Assembly: GCA_951406725.2 (NCBI GenBank)
Contig: OX597819.1
Coordinates: 6,324,001-6,388,000 of the forward strand
DNA length: 64,000 nt
From: Octopus vulgaris
Lineage: Eukaryota
Reading direction: 5' to 3'
This document shows positions 1 through 11,384 of this stretch, piece after piece. A program made the translations under genes and the position numbers. Position 1 is the stretch's first letter, and each line of letters opens with the position of its first letter. The notes beneath the pieces were generated by a model that did no database searches, was not told the origin of the DNA, and saw only the letters and a program-made list of their open reading frames with translations.

Positions 1-294
1 CTGATAGTAGGTTAGAAAATGTTTGGTTTCGTTGTATACACCCATAGATACAATAGTATCATATGGGTGACTAATAAAGTTTCTGCAATGTCACACAGCC
101 TGCAAGAAATAACACCCAACTATTTCTCAGATCACATTCTGAATATCAGAAAAAGGAAGGTCATATGTGACTATGCGTTAAAAAATTTGCTTTCTAACGG
201 CATGGTTCCTACTGAGCTGAGCATTGGACATTTATTATCTACTATAGCCACGAGCCGATCCAAGCAACGATGACTAGACGCAAACTAAGAGAAA

Positions 295-295
<1 letters not shown>

Positions 296-370
<75 letters not shown>
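296..370. repeat. (TA)n microsatellite
   Basis: Pure TA run; many similar TA tracts occur throughout the window. Confidence 0.99.
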
Positions 371-374
<4 letters not shown>

Positions 375-575
375 TAATCCAAACAAGGAAAACAAAAAGA
401 CAACAACGCAAGGATGTGGAACAAATATATTATTATTGGACGCTCAGGAAAGAAGGGAAGAAGGAGGGTTTGACGTTTCGAGCGGAGCTCTTCGTCGGAA
501 ACATAGGAGAAGGAAAGATCCCGAGACGGGAGGACAGAGGAAAAAAATCGCCGGTGGTACTCACGAGGTCACATA
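371..575 (-). mobile_element. Penelope-like element terminus (pseudo-LTR-like fragment) abutting (TA)n
   Basis: Close copies at 9348-9560 and 18622-18710; related ends at 33940-34023, 36295-36500 and 37460-37660. Carries a minimal hammerhead motif, as known for PLE pseudo-LTRs. Confidence 0.65.
467..502 (-). ncRNA. Minimal type I hammerhead ribozyme motif
   Basis: Minus strand reads GUUU CCGACGA A GAGC-UCC-GCUC GAAA CG UC AAAC: stem I GUUU/AAAC, 4-bp stem II, palindromic ACGU stem III, GUC site; U4C core variant. Confidence 0.6.
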
Positions 576-603
576 TGATTACACCTGTGTTAACATCTTT
601 TTA

Positions 604-645
<42 letters not shown>

Positions 646-690
646 TAAAAAAAATGGAGTTAACGCAGGTGTAATCAAATATTTTTACTT

Positions 691-725
<35 letters not shown>

Positions 726-829
726 CAAATAAATTTTTCCTATACAAGAATGTTGCTGACGGTGACTTCCAAGTTTCCATCAGCTAACCCATCGTTGGAC
801 AGCTATGCATGTGTGTGTGTGTGTGTGTG

Positions 830-1065
830 AGTGCATGTATGTATGTGCGTATGTGTCTTTGTGACTCTGCTTCCGCTCTCCCCCCTCTTTACACCGGATG
901 TTGGTTTGTTTACGTGCCATTAACTTAGCGGATCCATCAAGAGACCCTTACAAAGAATCTGGTTTTAAGGTAATTAATAGTGGGGTCGATTTGAACGATT
1001 GAAACATTACAAAGCGGTTACCCAACATGGCCACTATCCAATGACTGAAGTAAGTAAAAGATAAA
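830..1065 (+). mobile_element. CORE-type tRNA SINE, decayed 3' part
   Basis: Similar to the 3' half of the full copy at 52524-52950 (TTTACGT..., GGGGTCGATTTG, AATGACTGAA, GTAAAAG tail). Confidence 0.7.
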
Positions 1066-1403
1066 GCTGTAATCCTGGATATACAAAATGTTAGAATGGT
1101 TAAATCTAGAATATATCCGTTATAAGTCAGCTTAATCTCGCATATTGATATTTTACTTTGGAACTGATATTTAACCTTGGAACAGTGTCAGAAATTTGTA
1201 GAGAAATTTGTATTAGTTGATTCTTATTCTACGTTATATCTGTGGTGCTTATTGTGTCAAACTGGCAAGGACGAATCGCAAAATCGATCTTGGTCAAATT
1301 TGAACGCAGAATGATTATGGAGAAAACTGATTGCTGAAAGATAACTTGATCTTTAGAAACATTCCTTCATTTTAACTTGGTAATAATGTATACATTAATT
1401 AAG

Positions 1404-1948
1404 ACAGCGAGCTAGCAGAATCGTTAACAAGCCGGAGAAAATGCTTGGCAGCATTTCGTCCGTCTTTACGCTCTGAGTCTAAAATCCGCCACAATGGACT
1501 TTGCCTTTAATTCTTTTGGAATCGATGAAATAGGTACCAGTTTATCTCTGAGGTTGATGTAATCGACTAAAAAGACTCCGCCGGTTACGACGACGAGGGT
1601 CCCAGCTGATACAATCAACGGAACAGCTTGCTCGTGAAATTAACGTGCAAATGGCTGAGCATTCCACAGACACGTGTACCCTTAACGTAGTTCTCGGGGA
1701 TAATCAGCGTGACACAGAGAGTGACAAGGCTGACCCTTTGAAATACAAGTATAACTCATTTTTGCCAGCTGAGTGGACTGGAGCAACGTGAAATAAAGTG
1801 TCTTGCTCAAGGACACAACGCGTCGCCGGGAATCGAACTCACAACCTTACGATCATGAGCCGAATGCCCTAACCACTAAGCCACGCGCCCTCACCATGTA
1901 ATCGACTATCCCTCCCATGAAATAGTTACCATTGGATCAAAATTTGAG
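1404..1948 (+). mobile_element. MetaSINE-like tRNA SINE (older subfamily), interrupted by a second SINE
   Basis: GCGAGCTAGCAGAATCGTTA head and GACTTTGCCTTT...GATGAAATAGGTACCAG core; split by the insertion at 1570-1895. Confidence 0.75.
1570..1895 (-). mobile_element. tRNA SINE with V-like central block, nested insertion
   Basis: A/B boxes (TGGCTTAGTGG, GTTCGATTCC) and GTGTCCTTGAGCAAGACAC block; 13-bp TSD ATGTAATCGACTA at 1557-1569 and 1896-1908. Confidence 0.85.
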
Positions 1949-2029
1949 AGCAGCGTATAAATTAATTGAAGGGTAATTGAAATTTGGGATCTCAATAGCC
2001 CAATACTGTTTTACATGTTTATTCATATA

Positions 2030-2253
2030 CTAGCAGTATCGCCCGGCGTTGCTCGGGTTTGTAAGGGAAATAACTATATAAGCATTTTTAGAGAGTTATA
2101 GCCAAAAAATAGCAACAAAATGCATTCAAAATGGAAAAAAAATTATGGTAATTTTTTTTTTTTAATCGTTGACTCATCGTAGACATTTTTAGAGAGTTAC
2201 TTCCCTTATATAATAGCGAAAAAATGTATTAAAATGGATAAAATGATGGCAAA

Positions 2254-2284
<31 letters not shown>

Positions 2285-2447
2285 GTAGACTCATCGTAGA
2301 CGCGCGTTAATACCCAGAAGGGTTCGATATGAATCACGACTATAAGATACCCGGTTTTGGTTAAACTGCACCGCAAAATGTGGGAGTAGTTAGGAATCTA
2401 AATCGTAGGAGACAGACACCACACAACCTCTCTTTTATATATAAAGA
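2030..2447 (-). mobile_element. Non-autonomous Helitron, family 1
   Basis: 5' TC, 3' CCCGAGCAACGCCGGG hairpin followed by CTAG, inserted at A|T; near-identical copies at 9864-10259 and 48083-48479. Confidence 0.85.
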
Positions 2448-2772
2448 TATGTGGAGTGTAAAATATGCGCATGCGCAATAAATGAGTGAATACGTAAGAG
2501 AATATGTGTGTGCGGCGGAGACGTGTATGGTTGAATGTGTGTGTGTATTTAGGTGAGTTTTACTTTAGGTGCGTGTGAGCTTGTGTGTGTGCATGTGTGT
2601 TTGTGTATTTGTGGGAGTGTATGTGTATTTGTAAGTATATGTGAGTACATGTGTGTAAGTTTCTGACAATCTGTGTGATCGTGTAATATCGATGGTGTCT
2701 TGAAGCACAGCTGGCAATAGACTTGTCTTTATCGAACTCAAACCTGCAACAGCTGAGTGACACGAAGACAGA

Positions 2773-2827
<55 letters not shown>

Positions 2828-3218
2828 AAAAACATATACATATGTATACATGCAAATCTGCCACCAAAAGAGAAGGTGAGAGAGCGAGAGGGAGAGACAA
2901 AGAAGAGGGGATAGGGGAGAAAGGGCACGCGTGTCTATGTGTGTTTGTATATGGCATAAAATACACATATCTCATGCAGAAATGTCAATAGGGTCACCAT
3001 TCTAGATCAATCATTTTGTATTTCAATTATAAAATCCACTATATACAGTTCGACATTTGCTTCGAAATATGCACACACACACACACACACACACAAACAC
3101 AACTACACACACACACTTTTGTAAATGCATTAATACATATGTACATATACACCTGCCCCAGCATGGCCTCAGTCTCACGAGTGAAAGAAGTAAAAGATAA
3201 AAAGTAAAAGATATATAT

Positions 3219-3441
3219 GTTTCTTTACTACCCACAAGGGGCTACACACAGAGGGGACAAATAAGGACAGACACACGGATTACGTCGACCCCAGTGCGTA
3301 ACTGGTACTTAATTTATCGACCCCGAAAGGATGAAAGGCAAAGTCGACCTCGGCGGAATTTGAACTCAGAACGTAACGGCACGCGAAATACGGCTACGCA
3401 TTTCGCCCAGCGTGCTAACGTTTCTGCCAGCTCGCCACCTT
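3219..3441 (-). mobile_element. MetaSINE-like tRNA SINE
   Basis: Reverse complement of 3728-3956; TSD-like AAAAGTAAA(A/T)GATATATA flanks. Confidence 0.9.
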
Positions 3442-3727
3442 AAAAGTAAATGATATATACACAAAACACACACTCACATACACCTGCATAGTGTGCTTGG
3501 TGAGGCAGAAACACGTGGCCATGACCGTCTTCTCATCTCCAGACAATAAGCCTGTTCTCTTACTCAATGGTTTATCAATTTTGGAAAGTGGTTGTTTCGT
3601 GAGATTATCTCCCCTCCTCATCTGGAGCTGATTTTTACTCCCAGTTGCCAATAACGACACATTCGCTAGAGGTTCAGATAGCTTTACAAATCGTGAATTT
3701 ACGTTGTATGGTATTTGATATATCTGT

Positions 3728-3956
3728 AGGCGAGCTGGCAGAAACGTTAGCACGCAGGGCGAAATGCTTAGCGATATTTCATCTGCTGTTACATTCGGAG
3801 TTCAAATTCCGCCGAGGTCGACTTTGCCTTTCATCCTTTCGGGGTCGATAAATTAAGTACCAGTTACGCATTGGGGTTGATGTAATCGACTTAATCCCTT
3901 TGTCTGTCCTTGTTTGTTCCTTCTGTGTTTAGCCCCTTGTGGGTAGTAAAGAAATA
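3728..3956 (+). mobile_element. MetaSINE-like tRNA SINE, full length
   Basis: tRNA head and GACTTTGCCTTTCATCCTTTCGGGGTCGATAAATTAAGTACCAG core; perfect 20-bp TSD GGTATTTGATATATCTGTAG at 3710-3729 and 3957-3976. Confidence 0.9.
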
Positions 3957-4302
3957 GGTATTTGATATATCTGTAGTTGTCTATATTGTTCATATACACC
4001 AGCCACAAGCCACCCTGAGATATTTTTGATAGTTCATTGTAGTTTCAGTTAATCAAATCTATATACGTGTGTATGTGTGCGTGAGTGAGTGTACTTGCAT
4101 GCGAGCGCATGTATGAGGGCATTAGCTAAAATCACAAATGATGGTTAAAAAGAGGTGACATGTAAATTTACTAAGCAGATTATTTTTCCTTGCGTAAGAA
4201 TGAACAGTTTACATTCTAAAATCAAGATTAATGCAATATTTAAGAAGTACTAACTGAGAAACTCTTGGTCGGATATAAATAAAGATTGTAATTTCAGATT
4301 AT

Positions 4303-4698
4303 GGATAGATGGATGGAAGCACTCCGTCGGTTACGACGATGAGGGTTCCGGTTGATCCGAATCAACGGAACAGCCTGCTCGTGAAATTAACGTGTAAGTG
4401 GCTGAGCACTCCCCAGACACGTGCACCCTTAACGTAGTTCTCGGGGATATTCAGCGTGACACAGAGAGTGACAAAGCCGGCCCCTTGAAATACCGGTACA
4501 ACAGAAACAGGAAGTAAGAGTGAGAGAAAGTTGTGGTGAAAGAGTACAGCAGGGATCACCACCATCTCCAGCCAGAGCCTCGTGGAGCTTTTAGGTGTTT
4601 TCGCTCAGTAAACACTCGCAACGCCCGGTCTGGGAATCGAAACCGCGATCCTATGACCGCGAGTCCGCTGCCCTAACCACTGGGCCATTGCGCCTCCT
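4303..4698 (-). mobile_element. tRNA(Arg-like) SINE, full length
   Basis: TGGCCCAGTGG and GTTTCGATTCC boxes, (TCCA)n tail, TSD ATTTCAGAT(T/C)AT; copies at 5329-5689 and 40191-40572. Confidence 0.9.
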
Positions 4699-5033
4699 AT
4701 TTCAGATCATATAACGTTAATGATATTGAAAGATTACGGAATTGCAAATTCAAGGCGAATGCCCCAGTTACAAAAGTGACTTTATTTCTATACTTTTGTC
4801 TTCCGAAAGATTTCAATTAACGCTTATATATATAACTTTCGCTATAATGATTTTTTAAACCATTTCTTTTTCTCTGCATTACGTAAAGTCAAATCTATTA
4901 CTATTGTTTTCATATGTTCTTGATTGTTCAACAATCTTCCACTTGATATTAGAAGTCGAACATTTTGCTTCAATGATCAGATATAATTCAAGAGTTCTTT
5001 ACATTTCACGTTTCAATAGTTCTGAATGAAGAC

Positions 5034-5198
5034 AGGCGGTGAGCTGGCAGAACCGTTATCACACTGGGCATTTTGTCCGTCTTTACGTTCTGAGTTCAAA
5101 TGCCGCCGAGATCGATTTTGCGATTCATCTTTTCGGAGTCAAGAATATAAGTACCCTACTCCCGAAATTGCTGGCCTCGTGCCAAAATTTGAAACCGG
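5034..5198 (+). mobile_element. MetaSINE-like SINE, decayed
   Basis: GGCGGTGAGCTGGCAGAA head, TTCTGAGTTCAAAT, older CAAAATTTGAAACC tail. Confidence 0.75.
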
Positions 5199-5239
5199 TA
5201 TTTCTGAATGAAGTTCAATGTTTATATAACAGGGTTTAC

Positions 5240-6045
5240 CTGGTGAGAAGTTGAATCCAGCACAGATATATTAACAGCAAAGTATATTAACGCTAAACGC
5301 CAGCTACGGGGGCTGGGTAGAGCACATGGTGGAGGCGCAATGGCCCAGTGGTTAGGGCAGCGGACTCGCGGTCGTAGTTTCGCGGTTTCGATTCCCAGAC
5401 CGGGCGTTGTGAGTGTTTATTGAGCGAAAACACCTAAAGTACGAGGCTCCACGAGGCTCTTTCACCACAACTTTCTCTCACTCTTACTTCCTGTTTCTGT
5501 TGTACCTGTATTTCAAAGGGCCGGCCTTGTTACTCTCTGTGTCACGCTGAATATCCCCGAGAACTACGTTAAGGGCGCACGTGTCTGTCGAGTGCTCAGC
5601 CACTTACACGTTAATTTCACGAGCAGGCTGTTCCGTTGATCGGATCAACAGGAACCCTCGTCGTCGTAACCGACGGAGTGCTTCCATCCAGAGCACATGA
5701 TATGAATGCTACCAAGTCGGTTGAACAGGGATAATCAGCCAGTAATAAAGTTGCCGTAGATTTGCTGGATGACCAAAGATGGCATGTTAGAATCAGATGA
5801 AGAGCGCTTTGAAGAAGTTCAAGATCTGAACCCGAAATCCTGGAAAACGCTGCTGCTGACTGCATTACTTGAAAACATTAGTGTAGAAGTATATAGAGCT
5901 GGTAGACTGTATGCTCGAGGTAGACAGGACATGAGAAGAAATATCAAGAATGATATGTGCATAGGGTTGATGCCATAACTAGTTGTGATACCATCGCATA
6001 GCCATGCCCCACTTGCAGTAGATGGTATAGGTCCAGGATAGTTCA
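5240..6045 (+). pseudogene. Highly decayed RTE-clade LINE 3' coding remnant, interrupted by a SINE
   Basis: Broken motifs resembling KRQLRWAG..RM and RR..GRPK...Q.K.ALKK.DLNPKSW...AADR; many stops and frameshifts. Confidence 0.4.
5329..5689 (+). mobile_element. tRNA(Arg-like) SINE with internal deletion
   Basis: Same family as 4303-4698; 10-bp TSD AGAGCACATG at 5319-5328 and 5690-5699. Confidence 0.9.
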
Positions 6046-6790
6046 ATTCAGTCCCATTAAAGAAATGAACTTTGAGATCGAGTTTTGATACGAAACTGTA
6101 GAAGTGTAGTTAATACTGTGCGTCAGTGTAGATGTATATTTTATTTCTGCGTTCTTTAATATTAATACATGTATATAAAAATATTAATACATGTATATAA
6201 AAATTAAAAATCATAGTAAACTTATATATCTAGAGTATCTAATTTTATAACGTACCATTTAATAAGTTATATGTATATATCGATAACTTGTACACACACA
6301 GAGTTGCATAAAAACATGGTCGATACATGTTTCAATAAGTTGCGTTTGCGGGGAAGTATTTATGCATATATCTATGTACATAAATGTATATGTGGGTATG
6401 TGTATGATATACGCTAATATATATTAATAAATGCTTATATGTGTGCATGCGCGTGGTACATGGATTTTTTAAACATGTTTCATGAAAATATCAATAGAGA
6501 TTTATAAAGACGATAACTCAATCGACCAGACAGACAGCCGTTATAGTAGTAGACAGTTGTTATAATAGATACAAATTTGTAAGCATGCACACGTACATTT
6601 GAACACAAAGCAGCTAACATGTCTGTGTTCATATGTTAGAATGCTCTACCTTAAATACAGACTTACACAAACTTAGAAATTCCACAAAACACCGCTGGTA
6701 CATAAATATATATACACATGCATATGAATTTTCATTCCTTTTATTTATCTCATTTTGTATGAACAAGGGCAATGAATAGTAGTGGTTGTT

Positions 6791-6842
<52 letters not shown>

Positions 6843-6851
6843 CTCCCCTCT

Positions 6852-6895
<44 letters not shown>

Positions 6896-7674
6896 GTGCG
6901 TGTGCGTGTATGTATGTATATGTATGTATGTATATGTATGTATGTATATATGCGTGTGTGTGTGTACATATATATGTATGAATACTTACATGCACACAAT
7001 GGGTGAGGAGAAGATGCTAGTATATGTGTATAATAAATGACCACCGGATTAATGCTCGGATTAGTACAGATTCTTAAAATCCAATATCCTAATCAGAGTA
7101 AGAATAATCACGCGGAACAAGATTTGGCTATAAATAATGTATGATTCGAGCGTGTAAGTATGAGGCAAATAATGGACAAGCACTTATAATATGACACTGT
7201 ATCATTTATAAAATATGTTACATAACGCTGAACATATCTAGCAAAGAAAAAAACATAGTCGTTTTATATTCTTTACAGCTGTTTCAAAGATTCAGCAACT
7301 GGCTGATGTAATAATGTCTATTACTCAAACAGGGGAACATATTGATGCAATAATATGCATCGAACAAGTAGGAATTACTACAAGCACATAAACCTGATAC
7401 ATTAAAATGTTCAGCCTAGAAACATTGAAACGGGGGAACATCTAGTATAGGAAAGCTGGAGGGAGAAAGCTTTCAGTTATGGTTGGCTGGTACTTATATT
7501 CGACTGAGCAGACGGGAGTAACTTGAAATGAAATGCCTATCCAGGCATCAAATCCATGACCTTACTACCCCGAGTCCAAGACTCGGCGTTGTATGTATGT
7601 ATGTATGTATGTACGTATGTATATATTTATGTATGTATGTATGTATGTATGTATGCGTGTATGTATGTATGAAT

Positions 7675-7880
7675 GAAGAATTTAAGCGTGTTTCTCGAAA
7701 GCGCACTACTAGATTAGTGAAGAGGAAAAACTTCGTTTGCAAAGTTTGCAGTCGTGTATGCTTTTCAAGAGCAGGGCTCATTAAACACTAACAGTGCTGC
7801 AAATCTATTAGATATAAGTTAGTTCCTAAATGTCAGCAAGGGTCTTCCTCGGTCACGAATGGACGGCCATCATCATCATG
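7675..7880 (+). mobile_element. RTE-clade LINE 3' end
   Basis: C-terminal zinc finger FVCKVCSRVCFSRAGLIKH, short 3' UTR and (CAT)n tail. Confidence 0.7.
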
Positions 7881-7914
7881 TATGTATGTATGTATGTATG
7901 TATGTAATTATTTC

Positions 7915-8122
7915 CTCTACAGGCAAAAAGCTTGATAGTTTGCAGGAGAGGGTAGACGATTACATCGACCCTAGTATTTGACTGGTACTTATTTTATTGC
8001 TATTGAAATGACGAATGACACAGTTGGCCTCCATAGAATTTGAACTACGAATATAAAGATAGACGAAATGCTTCTTTGAATTTTGTCCGACGTGTTAATA
8101 GTTCAGGTACCAGCTCTCTGCT
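7915..8122 (-). mobile_element. MetaSINE-like SINE, decayed
   Basis: GATTACATCGACC...ACTGGTACTTATTTTAT...GAATTTGAACT blocks. Confidence 0.65.
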
Positions 8123-8326
8123 TTTATCCTTGTACGTATAATGCTCAGGGACTATTGCAGCACTGACTGCATTCTGAGTTATTCAATAAAAGTGTGCCTC
8201 CAAATGGTCAGCTTGCGAATTGGATCTCTCAAGGCGGAAGCATATACAATCATGATGGTTGTTTGCAAACGTTTTTGCGGCCTTGAATCTTAAAGCAAAC
8301 TATTTACGGAACTCAAACGCAACAAT

Positions 8327-8620
<294 letters not shown>

Positions 8621-8770
8621 GGACAGACAGACAGGCAGACATTACTAAACACCGTGAGCTATACTGATGAACTTACTACCACCTTCAGTGCGAACATATA
8701 CAGTCAGTCAACGACCATCAACACCTCAACAGATAACCGCGACTGTATTCATACATCACAAGCACCCGCT

Positions 8771-8821
<51 letters not shown>

Positions 8822-9347
8822 AGATTAACTAATATGGGTTACTTGAAAATATTGATAAAAACAGTTAATATAGTGTTTGGAAGTGATTAACTCAAATAAG
8901 ATTAACGCAGTCGTTTGATAACAATATTCGCCATTAAAATAAAAGTTAGTTCCTGTGTGTCTGCATGTATGTGTATGCACACACATGCACACACACACAG
9001 GCTCACACACAAACACATGCACATATATTTACATCCGTATTGAATAATTAATAGTTTGACATTCTCATGCGACTTAATGTTTCGTGGACTCGTCGCTCAA
9101 ATAGGTTTATATGAAATAGGTGTGTGTGTGTTTGTATGTTTGTATGTTTGTGTGCATGTGTATGAGTTTAAAGGGATATGCTAATCGGGCGGATACCGTG
9201 GTAACTCTCGGATACACGTGTAGATCGTCATAACCATAAAAATATGTAGTATGAAACAAAAGGAAATAAACTTTGAGGATGTACCAGTCTCCGTATGCTC
9301 TATCATTATAATTACATATACGTGTATATGTATGTATATATGTATAT

Positions 9348-9560
9348 AAAGTTAATCCAAACAAGAAAACACAGAAAAAAACACAGCAACGCGAGGACGT
9401 GGAACAATTAAAGTATTATTTGACGTTCAGGAAAGAAGGGAAGGAGGGTTTAACGTTTCGAGCTGAGCTCTTCGTCGGAAACAGGAGAAGGAAAGATCCC
9501 GAGGAGGGAAGACAGAGGAAAAAATTTTTTTTTGCTGGTGGTGCTCAAGAGATCACATGT
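9348..9560 (-). mobile_element. Penelope-like terminus with hammerhead motif
   Basis: Copy of 371-575. Confidence 0.65.
9447..9482 (-). ncRNA. Minimal type I hammerhead ribozyme motif
   Basis: GUUU CCGACGA A GAGC-UCA-GCUC GAAA CG UU AAAC. Confidence 0.6.
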
Positions 9561-9863
9561 TGATCACATGTATATATGTATATACATACATATATACATA
9601 CATACATACATACATACATACATACATACATACATACATAAAAGACACACAGTTATATAAATATGTGAGGAACTAGACGGCTACCTGCATCTGTAAATGC
9701 ATGAATACTGAGCGGATGAATAGATCAAAGAAGACTGCGACTCAGCATCAAGATCGGAGTCGTTGACATCCTGAACATGTGTGCGTGTATGTGTGTGTAT
9801 GAGTGTATTCACATACACAAACACACATATATATATACACACACACATATATATATACATATA

Positions 9864-10259
9864 CTAGCAGTATCGCCCGGCGTTGCTCGGGTTTGTAAGG
9901 GAAATAACTATATAAGCATTTTTAGAGAGTTATAGCCAAAAAATAGCAAAAAATTGCATTAAAAATGGAAAAAAAGATTAAGGTAAATTTTTTTTAAATC
10001 GTTGACACATCGTAGATATTTTTGAGAGGTTACTTCCCTTATATAATAGCGAAAAAATGCATTAAAATGGAAAAATATGATGGTAATTTTTTTAAAATCG
10101 TAGACTCATCGTAGACGCGCGCTAATACCCAGAAGGGCTCGATATGACTCACGACTTTAAGATACCCGCTTTTGGTGAAACTGCACCGCAAAATGTGGGA
10201 GTAGTTAGGAATCTAAATCGTAGGAGACAGACACACAACTTCACTTTTATATATAAAGA
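9864..10259 (-). mobile_element. Non-autonomous Helitron, family 1
   Basis: TC 5' end, 3' hairpin followed by CTAG, A|T site. Confidence 0.85.
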
Positions 10260-10371
10260 TATAAGCCACGTAGTTATATACACATACTTTGTTATATACA
10301 CATTCTTGAAAGAAAATGTTATTTTGAACACAACATTTATAAAGAATAAGATATTTTTTGGTTTTTCTTAA

Positions 10372-11040
10372 CCCTTTCGTTACTATATTTCTGACCAAAA
10401 TACACCCCTTATGTGTTTCAATTAATTTCTAACGTAATCATAAAGTTAGTCTGGTTTCATTAAACAACAATAACTTTTTTATTTATCAATATATTAACAG
10501 GAATTTTGGAAGATAATTTAATGAAATGTTCTCAACCAATTCTATACTATAATTTTTGTCACAAAGTGACTCTAATTGCAGGTAGATACAGGTAAATTCA
10601 ACAATATATAAAATTATTAAAATTTTGTTCAAACATCGCTATAGAAAATGGGTTATTAGCTAATATTCAGTTGGGTATACAACAAAATTTTACGATAGAA
10701 TTTGTTATTCTGGGTAACTTTCTGATACCCATAATAATATTTATGGCAAAATAGGCCTTAATTTCATTTAAGGTTGTGGGAAATAACAAACTATCCTTTC
10801 TTTCGCTTTGTTTACGTTTAGCGTAACAGTTCGTTTCCGCCGTAATGATTTCAAATGGGCTCATTCGAAAAAGAAAAAGAAATAGTCTAAGGCGTTACTC
10901 TTCTGGGAAAGTCTGTGGCTTGGTGCAGTTTCTTCAGAAAAATCACTAAAGAAACAGTTTTTAAATTTTCACTCCATTCAGGTACCAATTCATTTTCTTT
11001 ATCGCTGTCGGATTCACTGTTTTCACTTTAATCGTTGCAC
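10372..11040 (-). mobile_element. piggyBac-like transposon fragment
   Basis: TTAA|CCCT terminus at 10368-10375; minus-strand N-terminal transposase remnant (FEIITAETNCYAK...TTLNEIKAYFAINIIMGIRKLP). Confidence 0.75.
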
Positions 11041-11346
11041 ACTTGCAAAGAGAAAGGAGAAATTAGGGTGATAGCGTCAGTGAAACAGTTCGCTCCGTTT
11101 GTGTGTGTGTGCGTGTGCGTGTGCTGTAGCCCACACTAAGAAATGCATTTGACATACACACCACAATGTGAGTTTTCTCTAAATTTTGCTTAATTGGGGT
11201 TGAAATTTTAAAAACTGGACCTGGCACGACCCGATTCATTCTACTCTTAAAAATGCTAGGTAAATTGTAATTGAAGAAATCCTATATTGTAGATTTCTAT
11301 AAGAGACAAAGGGAGGCAGATAAAATCTGCCTTTTATAATAAGAGA
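11020..11346 (-). mobile_element. Helitron family 2, 5' segment
   Basis: A|TCTCTTATTATAAAAGGCAGATTTTATCTGCCT start with an 8-bp hairpin; copies at 49350-49649 (-) and 49996-50270 (+). Confidence 0.65.
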
Positions 11347-11384
11347 TACAGACATGCATACAGACAGACAAACATGCATACACA

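Noticed and set aside
2660-2775. Possible minus-strand acceptor (TTGCAG|G at 2744/2743) and exon
   Set aside because: Motif-only evidence, no recognisable protein, and it runs into simple repeats.
3480-3705. Stop-free unique minus-strand stretch (part of ORF 3415-3753) as an exon
   Set aside because: Weak donor, ORF ends lie in SINEs, no recognisable homology.
5331-5405. tRNA-like sequence with A/B boxes (also 40191, 4625-4697, 1820-1890)
   Set aside because: SINE heads: they continue into repeat bodies with TSDs and lack a proper acceptor stem.
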